The notes beneath the pieces were generated by a model, which had not been told where the DNA came from, ran no database searches, and saw only the letters and a list, made by a program, of their open reading frames with translations. Positions 27,803 through 36,915 of a stretch of DNA of 39,468 nucleotides are shown here, piece after piece; the first letter of the stretch is position 1; each line of letters begins with the position of its first letter. The translations under genes and the position numbers were made by a program. Where the stretch lies: the NCBI GenBank assembly GCA_034723395.1, contig JAYEOW010000028.1:1-39468 (forward strand). The letters are read 5' to 3'. This DNA comes from Candidatus Margulisiibacteriota bacterium (GTDB lineage Bacteria; Margulisbacteria; WOR-1; O2-12-FULL-45-9).

Positions 27803-29407
27803 ATGCCCGCACCCAGACAAATTCTATCTTTAATCGACCGCTTTGATCAGCATACCGCCGCCGCGGGTGGCGCTAAAATAGAACTTAACGACCGTTTTAA
27901 GCAGGCGCTTGAGCTTCTTGAGAATACCGGGCGAAACGTTTTTATAACCGGCCGGGCGGGCACCGGCAAATCGACCCTTCTGGAATATTTCCGCCTGATC
28001 ACTAAAAAGAGGATTGTAGTGCTTGCTCCGACAGGGGTCGCGGCCTTGAACGTCAAAGGCGAGACCATTCACTCCTTCTTTCGTTTCAAGCCCGACATCA
28101 CTCTTAATAAAATAAAGAAGATCAAATTCAAAAAGGGGAAGAAAAATATCTACAAGGGCGTTGACGCGGTCGTAATCGACGAAATATCCATGGCGCGGTC
28201 GGACCTGCTTGACTGTGTAGACAAATTTCTCCGCTTGAACGGACCGAATCGAAATAAACCCTTTGGCGGGGTGCAAATGATCTTTATCGGCGACCTTTAC
28301 CAGCTGCCTCCGGTGGTGACCGGGCAGGAAAAGGGGATATTCAAAGGGCATTACGATAGCGAGTATTTTTTTGACGCCAGGAGCTTTTCCGAACTTGACA
28401 TGGAATATATCGAGCTGGAAAAGGTCTACCGCCAGAAGGACGAAAAATTCATTGCCCTGTTGAACGCGGTCAGGAATAATTCGGCCGGGGACAAAGAGAT
28501 CGCGCTTTTGAATAAGCGGCTTGACCCGGATTATGAGCCGAAGGATGAATATCGCATTTGCCTGACCCCGACCAACCGCATGGCAAAAGAGATAAATGAG
28601 CGGAGGTTGGCGCGGCTTAAGGGGAAAGCGGTCGTTTTTCAGGGGGAGATAAGGGGAGATTTCGAGCTTAAGCGGCTGCCGACCGAACGGGAACTGGCAC
28701 TGAAGAAAGGCGCGCAGGTAATGATGCTCAACAATGATTCGATGCGGCAATGGGTCAACGGCACTCTGGGCGTGGTTAGTGAGATCGGGGACGGGGTGGT
28801 GGAGGTCGAGCTTGAAGACGGCGGCTCGGCGATAGTTGAGCCTTATAAATGGGAAATTTTTCATTTTACTCTTGACGGCAAGGGCGGTCTCGCGACCGAG
28901 CCGGTCGGTTCTTTTACTCAATTGCCGATGAAGCTTGCCTGGGCGGTGACCATTCACAAGAGCCAGGGAAAGACCTTTGACCGGGTAATTATCGATCTGG
29001 GGCGCGGGACGTTCGCTCACGGCCAGCTTTATGTGGCCCTGAGCCGCTGCCGGTCGCTTGCCGGCATAGTTTTGAAAAAACCGGTCAAGAATGGACATAT
29101 ACTCATGGACTGGCGGGTGGTGAGGTTTGTGACCGGTTATCAATATCAATTATCGGAGAAGAGGTTTTCTTTTGAAGATAAGATCGCTTTGATAGAAGGA
29201 GCGATCAAAAACAGGCGCGGGCTGGAAATAACTTACCTGAAGGCGCAGGATGTGAAGAGTAAAAGAACGATCGAGCCGCTGGAAGTCGGCGAAATGGAAT
29301 ACAAAGGCAAGCCCTTCATCGGGTTAAGGGCCTTTTGCCGCCACCGCAGGGAAGAAAGATGCTTTCGGGTGGACCGTATGCTGGAAATAAAAGAGGTTGA
29401 CCTTTAG
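27803..29407 (+). CDS. PIF1-family SF1B helicase with C-terminal WYL domain
   Basis: GRAGTGKS, APTGVAA, IDEISM, GDLYQLPPV, AVTIHKSQG, YVALSR; C-terminal RTIEP...LRAFC..R.EERCFRVDRM WYL pattern. Confidence 0.9.
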   Translation: MPAPRQILSLIDRFDQHTAAAGGAKIELNDRFKQALELLENTGRNVFITGRAGTGKSTLLEYFRLITKKRIVVLAPTGVAALNVKGETIHSFFRFKPDITLNKIKKIKFKKGKKNIYKGVDAVVIDEISMARSDLLDCVDKFLRLNGPNRNKPFGGVQMIFIGDLYQLPPVVTGQEKGIFKGHYDSEYFFDARSFSELDMEYIELEKVYRQKDEKFIALLNAVRNNSAGDKEIALLNKRLDPDYEPKDEYRICLTPTNRMAKEINERRLARLKGKAVVFQGEIRGDFELKRLPTERELALKKGAQVMMLNNDSMRQWVNGTLGVVSEIGDGVVEVELEDGGSAIVEPYKWEIFHFTLDGKGGLATEPVGSFTQLPMKLAWAVTIHKSQGKTFDRVIIDLGRGTFAHGQLYVALSRCRSLAGIVLKKPVKNGHILMDWRVVRFVTGYQYQLSEKRFSFEDKIALIEGAIKNRRGLEITYLKAQDVKSKRTIEPLEVGEMEYKGKPFIGLRAFCRHRREERCFRVDRMLEIKEVDL

Positions 29408-29467
29408 GATTTGACTTTTAATCTTTGCTGGTATACGCTTGTATACAAAAGAATATGAGAGGAAGGT

Positions 29468-30499
29468 ATGGGTAATTCAGGAAATTTAGCGCCTCGGGAA
29501 TCGGATTTTTTACTTTACACGGCTCCGGATGGAGATGTCCGCGTGGATGTTTTTTTTCATGGTGAAACTGTCTGGCTGACCCAAAAGCGGATGGCCGAGC
29601 TTTTTGGGGTTGAGGTTAATACTGTTAACTATCATTTAAAAGAAGTGTTTAAAAGCGCGGAATTAAGCGAAATATCAGTTATTCGAAAATTTCGAATAAC
29701 TGCCGCGGACGGCAAGACATACGAAACGCAGTTTTACAATCTGGACGCTATTATTTCGGTCGGCTACCGCGTAAATTCGGAAAAAGCGACAAAATTCCGC
29801 ATCTGGGCTACACAAATGCTCCGCAATTATATTATCAGGGGATTCGCGCTGGATGATGAGCGGTTAAAAAACGGACTTCATTTTGGGAAAGACTATTTTG
29901 ACGAGTTGCTGGAAAAAATACGCGAGATCCGGGCCAGCGAGCGCCGTTTTTATCAGAAAATTACCGATCTTTACGCGGAAGCAAGCATTGATTACGACAA
30001 AGATTCCGAAATAACGCAGAAATTTTATAAAACGGTCCAAAATAAGCTCCACTGGGCGATTACCGAAAAAACCGCGGCGGAACTGGTTGCGGAGAGGGTG
30101 GACAACGCCAAACCGAAAATGGGACTAACCACGTGGAAGAACGCTCCCAAAGGGAAAATCCTGAAGCCGGATGTGGCGATTGCCAAGAATTATCTCCGGG
30201 AAAGCGAACTTTCCGATTTAAACCGGATTGTTACCATGTATCTTGATTACGCGGAGAATCAGGCGAAGAAGCAGCGGGCGACGACCATGAAAGATTGGGC
30301 GGAGAAGCTTGACGCGTTCCTGGAATTTAACGAGTATGAAATACTGGATAATCCCGGCAGGGTTTCTCATGAAGTGGCCAAAAAATTAGCTGAGGAAGAA
30401 TTTGAAAAATATCGCGTCTGTCAGGATCGCGAATTCATATCCGATTTTGACATTGAAACAAAAAAGTATTTGAACGCGGATGACAAAAAGAGGGAATAA
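29468..30499 (+). CDS. RhuM-family DNA-binding protein
   Basis: VWLTQKRMAELF, YNLDAIISVGYRVNS, FRIWAT, IREIRASERRFYQK. Confidence 0.9.
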   Translation: MGNSGNLAPRESDFLLYTAPDGDVRVDVFFHGETVWLTQKRMAELFGVEVNTVNYHLKEVFKSAELSEISVIRKFRITAADGKTYETQFYNLDAIISVGYRVNSEKATKFRIWATQMLRNYIIRGFALDDERLKNGLHFGKDYFDELLEKIREIRASERRFYQKITDLYAEASIDYDKDSEITQKFYKTVQNKLHWAITEKTAAELVAERVDNAKPKMGLTTWKNAPKGKILKPDVAIAKNYLRESELSDLNRIVTMYLDYAENQAKKQRATTMKDWAEKLDAFLEFNEYEILDNPGRVSHEVAKKLAEEEFEKYRVCQDREFISDFDIETKKYLNADDKKRE

Positions 30500-30506
30500 T
30501 CCGGAC

Positions 30507-30680
30507 ATGACGGCACCCAAACAAATTCTATCTTTAATCGACCGTTTTGAGCGGAATATCGAGGCTTATAAATCGGGCCGCTATAATGAGGCCCAGATCA
30601 GGAATGAGTTTATTAATCCTTTTTTCGAAGCGTTGGGGTGGGATGTTTATAATGAAGAAGGGCGCGCCGAGGTTTTATGA
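30507..30680 (+). pseudogene. N-terminal stub of a restriction-modification enzyme (HsdR_N / type IIG-like)
   Basis: YNEAQIRNEFINPFFEALGWDV is typical of the nuclease-domain start of fused RM enzymes; stops after 57 codons, overlapping the cas3 ATG. Confidence 0.7.
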
Positions 30681-32905
30681 AGGAAGCTCAAACTTTATAT
30701 TACGCGCACAGTTTGCCGGAGAAGCCGCCGTCGGAGTGGCAGGGGTTGAGAGAGCATTTGGTTGGTGTGGCGGAGAGAGCCAAGATGTTCGCGGAAGAGT
30801 TTGGAGCAGAAGAATTGGCTTATGTGGCGGGGTTGTTGCACGACACCGGTAAATATTCGGATGATTTTCAAGGTAAGCTTAGGGGAAAGCGCATAAGGGT
30901 TGACCACTCAACTGCCGGGGCGAAAGAAGCTAAAAAACGCTATAAGTTTTGGCAATTAATTTCATACGCAATTGCTGGACATCATGCTGGATTGACGGAC
31001 TTTATTGGGGCAGGGGATGACTCATCACTCGATGCGAGATTGAATAATGATAATCTGCCTGATTATGGCGCCTTTGAAAAAGAAATTGTTAAGTTATTGC
31101 CGGAACAATTAAAAATCCCCAGACTTAAAAACGCCAATAAATCAGAAATGGAATTTGCCTGTTATATGCTTATTCGAATGATTTATTCCTGCCTTGTTGA
31201 CGCGGACTTCCTTGATACGGAGATGTTTTATGAGAAGGAGAAGGCTTTTAGAAGAGAGAATAAGATTAGTTTTAAGGAGCTAGAAAAAAAATTAATGGAA
31301 TATCTTGCTTCTGAATTTTCAGGCGCGAGCAAGTCTGTTTTGAATGTTGAGCGCACAAAAATATTGAATGCTTGCTTGAAAAAAGCAGGATCAAAACCAG
31401 GATTTTATACTCTTACCGTGCCTACTGGCGGAGGGAAAACATTTTCGTCGTTAGCATTTGCATTAAAGCATGCAGTTGTAAATGGCCTTAAGCGGGTGGT
31501 GTACGTAATTCCTTATACAAGTATTATAGAACAAAATGCCAAGGTATTCAGAGATGCGCTTGGTGAAGAATGTGTTCTGGAACATCATAGTAATTATGAT
31601 TATAAAGAAGGGTCGGATAATGAGACTGAGAACGAATATAAAATGAAACTCGCGGCGGAAAACTGGGATATGCCTGTTATTGCCACAACCAATGTTCAGT
31701 TTTTTGAATCACTTTTTTCAAATAGGCCGGGAAGATGCCGAAAACTTCATAATATTGTTAATAGTGTCATCATTTTTGATGAAGCTCAAATGTTGCCCAC
31801 AAAATACCTAAAGCTGTGTATTTGTGCTTTGGGGGAATTAATTAAAAACTACAATTGTTCGGTTGTGTTTTGTACGGCTACCCAACCGGCGCTATTTGAT
31901 GATCCCCCGGAAGGGTTTGAGCTGCCCGAGGGGATGAGGCCTCTCGAAATTATTGAAAATCACAATAGACTATATAATAAATTAAGAGCCGTGAAGACAA
32001 AATGGATAGGAGAGCTTAAAAACGAAAAATTAGGGGAAAGGATCGCTAAAAACAAGCAGGCTCTCTGTGTCGTTAATACGAGAAAAATGGCGAGAGAGCT
32101 TTATGATTGGTTGAAAGACAAGGGGAAACCCGATAGTTGTTATCATTTAAGCGCAGCCATGTGTCCTGCTCACAGGGCAGATAAAATAGCAGAGATAAAG
32201 AATCGCCTGAAAAACAAAAAGCGCTGTATTGTTGTTTCTACTCAACTTATCGAGGCGGGTGTTGATATTGATTTTCCTGTGGTTTACAGGGAGTTAGCAG
32301 GCATAGATTCTATAGCCCAGGCCGCAGGCAGATGCAACAGGGAGCGAAAGATTAAAAAAGATGGAAAGGTGTTTGTTTTTAAGCCCGTGGGCGGGAAAGC
32401 GCCTCCGGGATTTATAGCGAGGACCGCAGGGGTAACAAATGAGGTTTTAAGCATTAATAAAGGATCAGATGTATTAAGTCTTAAAAATATTAAATACTAT
32501 TTTGAAAAGTTGTATTCTATAGATGCGGATGGATTGGATGGGAAGAATATATTGCGGAATATAAAAAGCAGCGGCGGAAGAATGGAATATCCTTTCAGGA
32601 CTATCTCTGACGATTTTAACCTGATTGATAAGAATACTTATACGCTAGTGATTAGATATGATTCCAAGTCTGAAGAAATTTTAAATAATGCATCTTTTTC
32701 GCTGTTTCCATGGTCCTTTGCAAGAAAACTTCAGAGATATACAGTGCAGGTATATAAACCGGATTACGATAAGTTGTTAAAAAATGGAAAGATCAGGAGC
32801 ATTAAGGATGTTTATTCTGTTGTTGAGAAAGACTGCTATTCTCCTGATTTTGGTGTTAATGTGGAGGACTCTACCGGGAAGGTCCCGGCAGATTATATAA
32901 TTTGA
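30677..32905 (+). CDS. cas3: CRISPR-associated HD nuclease/helicase Cas3
   Basis: YAHS, HDTGK, HHAGL, LVDADFLDT, PTGGGKT, DEAQ, QAAGRCNR. Confidence 0.96.
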   Translation: MKEAQTLYYAHSLPEKPPSEWQGLREHLVGVAERAKMFAEEFGAEELAYVAGLLHDTGKYSDDFQGKLRGKRIRVDHSTAGAKEAKKRYKFWQLISYAIAGHHAGLTDFIGAGDDSSLDARLNNDNLPDYGAFEKEIVKLLPEQLKIPRLKNANKSEMEFACYMLIRMIYSCLVDADFLDTEMFYEKEKAFRRENKISFKELEKKLMEYLASEFSGASKSVLNVERTKILNACLKKAGSKPGFYTLTVPTGGGKTFSSLAFALKHAVVNGLKRVVYVIPYTSIIEQNAKVFRDALGEECVLEHHSNYDYKEGSDNETENEYKMKLAAENWDMPVIATTNVQFFESLFSNRPGRCRKLHNIVNSVIIFDEAQMLPTKYLKLCICALGELIKNYNCSVVFCTATQPALFDDPPEGFELPEGMRPLEIIENHNRLYNKLRAVKTKWIGELKNEKLGERIAKNKQALCVVNTRKMARELYDWLKDKGKPDSCYHLSAAMCPAHRADKIAEIKNRLKNKKRCIVVSTQLIEAGVDIDFPVVYRELAGIDSIAQAAGRCNRERKIKKDGKVFVFKPVGGKAPPGFIARTAGVTNEVLSINKGSDVLSLKNIKYYFEKLYSIDADGLDGKNILRNIKSSGGRMEYPFRTISDDFNLIDKNTYTLVIRYDSKSEEILNNASFSLFPWSFARKLQRYTVQVYKPDYDKLLKNGKIRSIKDVYSVVEKDCYSPDFGVNVEDSTGKVPADYII

Positions 32906-32915
32906 GGAGGCTTTT

Positions 32916-33611
32916 ATGGGATATGGAATAAAGCTTAAAGTGTGGGGAGGATATGCCTGTTTCACAAGACCGGAGATGAAGGCGGAGAGGGTTAGCTATG
33001 ATGTTATGACTCCTTCTGCGGCGCGAGGTATTCTAGAAGCAATATACTGGAAGCCAGCTATAAAGTGGGTAATAGATAAAATTCATGTGCTTAGCAAGAT
33101 TGGATTTGATAATATCCGCAGGAATGAAGTGAGCGGCAAAATATCTCAGAGCAATGTTAAAAGGGCTATGGAAGGGAAGGGGGTTACTCTTTATCAGTCC
33201 ATAACTGATGAGCGCCAGCAAAGGGCATCTATGGTATTGAAAAATGTCGCTTATATCATAGAAGCGCATTTTGAGATGACCGCAAAGGCAGGAGAAACCG
33301 ATAATCCGGAAAAGCATTATAATATTTTCTTGCGCAGGGCAAGGACTGGGCAATGTTTTCATCGGCCCTATCTGGGTTGCAGGGAATTTCCGGCATCTTT
33401 TGAATTGATTGAAAAGGATACTAAATTGCCGGAAACCGCGTCTGAATTGAAAGGGACAAAAGATCTTGGGTGGATGCTGTATGATATGGAGTTTAAAGAT
33501 GAGAGGGCCGTTGGCATATATAGAGAAATAAGGCCTATATTTTTCAGGGCAGAGATGAAGGACGGAATAATAAATGTTGCGAAACAGGCGAAAGACGAGG
33601 TGAAAAGATGA
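32916..33611 (+). CDS. cas5c: Type I-C Cas5 (crRNA-processing)
   Basis: ACFTRPEMKAERVSYDVMTPSAARGILEAIYWKP, PYLGCREF. Confidence 0.96.
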   Translation: MGYGIKLKVWGGYACFTRPEMKAERVSYDVMTPSAARGILEAIYWKPAIKWVIDKIHVLSKIGFDNIRRNEVSGKISQSNVKRAMEGKGVTLYQSITDERQQRASMVLKNVAYIIEAHFEMTAKAGETDNPEKHYNIFLRRARTGQCFHRPYLGCREFPASFELIEKDTKLPETASELKGTKDLGWMLYDMEFKDERAVGIYREIRPIFFRAEMKDGIINVAKQAKDEVKR

Positions 33612-35389
33612 TTTTAAGAGTGCTTTATGATTATTATCAGACATTGGTAGCTGATCCGGAAAGCGGAATATCACAAATCGGATATAGCAAAGAAAAAGTG
33701 AGCTTTGCCTTATTAATAAATAAAAAGGGAGATTTAAAAGATATAATTGAATTAAGGGAAGGCAAAAAGCCAATCTTAATGGATGTGCCGCAGCATGCCA
33801 AAAGGACCTCTGGTGTATTGCCTTATTTTATTTGTGACAATCCTAAATATATACTTGGCACAGGGAAAACCTACTATGAGCAATGCGCTAAATTGCACAA
33901 TGATATTTTGAAAGATGTTAATGATGAATCTGCGGCTGCAGTATTAAGATATTTTGAAAAATGGGGCTCAAAACAGGCAAAAAGCAATGCTCTTATCAAA
34001 GCGCACAAAGACAGCCTTGAAAAGGGTGGAAACATAGTATTTACGGTAGCTGGCATTAAAGGATATGTCCATGAAAAAAGCAAAATAAAAAAGGCGTGGA
34101 AAAAATACTTGTCCTTCGCCCCTCAAAAAGGGATTCGAGGACAATGTCTTATTACGGGAGAAGAAGCCGAGTTGTTAGAAGTGCATGACAGTGTTAAGGG
34201 GGTTTGGAATGCCCAATCATCCGGCGCTGCTATTATATCGTTTAACAAAGAATCTTTTGAATCCTATGGAAAAAAACAAAGTATTAACGCGCCTGTTGGG
34301 AAAGAAGCTGCTTTTGCGTATATTACAACTTTGAATTACATGCTTAATCCGGCTTCGATGCAAAACATTCAGATCGGTGATGCTACGACCGTGTTTTGGG
34401 CGGAAAAATATGGGACAGAGCAGGAAGAATTGTTTTACGCGCTTTTTAACCCGCTTGATGTTGAAGAAAGAAAAGGTCTTGCGGAAGAGGCTGGCAAGAA
34501 TGCGAAAAACGGTAGAAAAGGAGAAAAAAGGAAAACACGATTGAACGATCCGAGGACAATTAGCAGGATGAGAGATTTTCTTGGGAGAGTCGCTTCCGGG
34601 AAAGGGTTGAAAGACATTCGCTGGTATGACCCGGATGTGAAGTTTTATGTGCTGGGACTTTCGCCAAATGCCGCAAGGATTTCGGTTCGGTTCTTTTACA
34701 CGGACACATTTGGCAGGATAGTGGAACGGATTAAACAACATTACGCTGATATGCTGGTAGAGAGACAATATAAGAATGAAAGCGATGCGATTGCTGTATG
34801 GCAGTTGCTCAGAGAAACCGCCGTACAAGGGAATTTCAAAAATATTCAGCCGGCTTTTTCTGGCGGATTAATGAGGGCGATTTTAATGGGTGGCATTTAT
34901 CCTGTTGCCGTTTATCAGGCAATTATTGCAAGGATTGGGATTGATAAGAGTGTTAATAGGAACAGGATGGCGTTCTTAAAAGCTTATTTGCAAAGAAAAA
35001 ATCGAATTGATAAAAAAGAAGGAGGTGTAACAATGAGCTTGAATAAGGAGGAAAGAAATGTTGGGTATTGCCTTGGCCGATTGTTTGCATTGTTGGAAAA
35101 GGCGCAGTTGGACGCTTCACCTGGGATAAACGCTACGATTAAAGATCGGTATTTTGGTACGGCTTCATCATCACCCAAGGCCGTATTTCCGTTTTTGCTG
35201 AGATTGGGACAGCATCATATCAAATACGGCAGGTTTACCGATAAACAGATCGGGGAGGTAATGGTGATGGTCGGAAGCGAATTTCCGGCACATTTAAATC
35301 TGGATGATCAGGGGAGGTTTATGTTGGGTTATTATCACCAGAGAAATGCCTTGTATAAGAAAAAAGAAGAAGTTAAATCGGATAAATAG
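33608..35389 (+). CDS. cas8c: Type I-C Cas8c (Csd1)
   Basis: CLITG, SFNKESFESYG, GDATTVFWA, LGLSPNAARISVRF, GRLFALLEKAQ. Confidence 0.95.
   Translation: MILRVLYDYYQTLVADPESGISQIGYSKEKVSFALLINKKGDLKDIIELREGKKPILMDVPQHAKRTSGVLPYFICDNPKYILGTGKTYYEQCAKLHNDILKDVNDESAAAVLRYFEKWGSKQAKSNALIKAHKDSLEKGGNIVFTVAGIKGYVHEKSKIKKAWKKYLSFAPQKGIRGQCLITGEEAELLEVHDSVKGVWNAQSSGAAIISFNKESFESYGKKQSINAPVGKEAAFAYITTLNYMLNPASMQNIQIGDATTVFWAEKYGTEQEELFYALFNPLDVEERKGLAEEAGKNAKNGRKGEKRKTRLNDPRTISRMRDFLGRVASGKGLKDIRWYDPDVKFYVLGLSPNAARISVRFFYTDTFGRIVERIKQHYADMLVERQYKNESDAIAVWQLLRETAVQGNFKNIQPAFSGGLMRAILMGGIYPVAVYQAIIARIGIDKSVNRNRMAFLKAYLQRKNRIDKKEGGVTMSLNKEERNVGYCLGRLFALLEKAQLDASPGINATIKDRYFGTASSSPKAVFPFLLRLGQHHIKYGRFTDKQIGEVMVMVGSEFPAHLNLDDQGRFMLGYYHQRNALYKKKEEVKSDK
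35033..35389 (+). CDS. cas11c: Cas11c small subunit translated from an internal start in cas8c
   Basis: AAGGAGGTG SD (35019-35027), 5 nt before an in-frame ATG; 118 aa; known arrangement in I-C systems. Confidence 0.75.
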   Translation: MSLNKEERNVGYCLGRLFALLEKAQLDASPGINATIKDRYFGTASSSPKAVFPFLLRLGQHHIKYGRFTDKQIGEVMVMVGSEFPAHLNLDDQGRFMLGYYHQRNALYKKKEEVKSDK

Positions 35390-35401
35390 GAGGTAATTTA
35401 A

Positions 35402-36271
35402 ATGAGAGAAGCAATTAAGAATAGGTATGAGTTTGTTGTTCTGTACGATGTGGAAAACGGGAACCCAAACGGAGATCCGGACGCGGGGAATATGCCGAGA
35501 ATTGATTATGAGGCAGGCAACGGCATTATTACGGATGTGTGCATCAAAAGAAAAGTTCGAAATTATGTCGAAATAACTAGGGATGGGGAAAAGGGCTTTG
35601 ATATTTATGTGAAAGACGGAGCGATTTTAAACAATAAAAATTTGGAGGCATACAAGGTAAATAAGATAAAACACAAAGAGAAAGAATTGCCCAAAGATGA
35701 AGAACAGGCGAAGAAAATTACGGCTTATATGTGTGGTCGGTTTTATGACATCAGGTCCTTTGGCGCGGTCATGACAACTAAGGTGAATTGCGGGCAGGTA
35801 AGAGGGCCGGTTCAATTCGCGTTTTCAAAAAGTATAGACCCTATAGTTCAACAGGAAGTATCAATAACAAGAATTGCGGTAACGGACGAAAGCGATAAGG
35901 CTGCGGCAACCGGTCATACCATGGGAAAAAAATTTATTGTTCCTTATGCCCTTTACCGCATGGAAGGATACATCTCGCCGTATTTTGCCAAACAGACCGG
36001 ATTTGGCGAAGAAGATAAGGATTTGCTATTCGAAGCGCTTATGAACATGTTTGAGCATGACCGGTCGGCCGCGCGCGGCAAAATGTCGGCAAGAAAACTA
36101 TGGGTTTTTAAACATGACACTGAACTTGGTAACGCCCCGGCGAACAAGCTTTTTGATGCTATAACTATTAAGCGTAAAAACGAATCGGTGCCAGCAAGAG
36201 CTTTTTCTGATTATAAAATCGAAAAAATTGGAACAATGCCTAAGGGGGTAGAGATCGAAAAACTTTTATAA
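35402..36271 (+). CDS. cas7c: Type I-C Cas7 (Csd2)
   Basis: NGNPNGDPDAGNMPRID, TDVCIKRKVRNY, GQVRGPVQ, HDRSAARG. Confidence 0.96.
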   Translation: MREAIKNRYEFVVLYDVENGNPNGDPDAGNMPRIDYEAGNGIITDVCIKRKVRNYVEITRDGEKGFDIYVKDGAILNNKNLEAYKVNKIKHKEKELPKDEEQAKKITAYMCGRFYDIRSFGAVMTTKVNCGQVRGPVQFAFSKSIDPIVQQEVSITRIAVTDESDKAAATGHTMGKKFIVPYALYRMEGYISPYFAKQTGFGEEDKDLLFEALMNMFEHDRSAARGKMSARKLWVFKHDTELGNAPANKLFDAITIKRKNESVPARAFSDYKIEKIGTMPKGVEIEKLL

Positions 36272-36915
36272 TGTACTCCGAAGACAACTACATAATGCTC
36301 TCCGCCCTCCAGCATTACGCTTTCTGCCCCCGGCAGTGCGCCTTGATCCATCTTGAAGATGCGTGGAATGAGAATGTGTTCACGGCCGAAGGGCGGGCGA
36401 TGCATGAGAGGGTCCATGATGATGAGCGTGAATCGAGGCGCGGCGTAAAGATCGAACGGGGGATGTTACTCGAATCCAAAAAATACGGTTTGAAGGGAAA
36501 AGCCGACGTTGTTGAATTCTATGCGGGAGAAAAAGGGAAATTGGTCCCTTTTCCAGTAGAATATAAGCGTGGCAAACCAAAGCCTGATAATAGGGATAAA
36601 GTTCAATTATGCGCGCAGGCACTATGTCTTGAGGAAATGACTGAGGAACCCGTAAAAAAAGGGGCATTATTTTACGGGAAAACCCGTCGCCGGCTTGAAG
36701 TCTCTTTTGATCAGGCTCTGCGTCGGGAAACTATTGAAATGGTAAGCAAATTACGTGAAATGCTCCGTTCGGGAATAACCCCCAAAGCGAAGTATTCGTC
36801 CAAATGCAGGTCGTGTTCATTAAACGACCTATGCATGCCTAAAATTGCTTCCAGAAGCAAGTCCGTAAAGAAATACGTCAAAGAGATGGTCAAAGAGTCG
36901 TGCGAAAATACCTGA
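36271..36915 (+). CDS. cas4: Cas4 nuclease
   Basis: LSALQHYAFCPRQ, PVEYKRG, QLCAQALCLEEM, C-terminal CxxCSLxxxC. Confidence 0.96.
   Translation: MYSEDNYIMLSALQHYAFCPRQCALIHLEDAWNENVFTAEGRAMHERVHDDERESRRGVKIERGMLLESKKYGLKGKADVVEFYAGEKGKLVPFPVEYKRGKPKPDNRDKVQLCAQALCLEEMTEEPVKKGALFYGKTRRRLEVSFDQALRRETIEMVSKLREMLRSGITPKAKYSSKCRSCSLNDLCMPKIASRSKSVKKYVKEMVKESCENT

Noticed and set aside
27830..29149. 439-aa minus-strand ORF
   Set aside because: Fully antisense to the motif-rich helicase; no recognisable features
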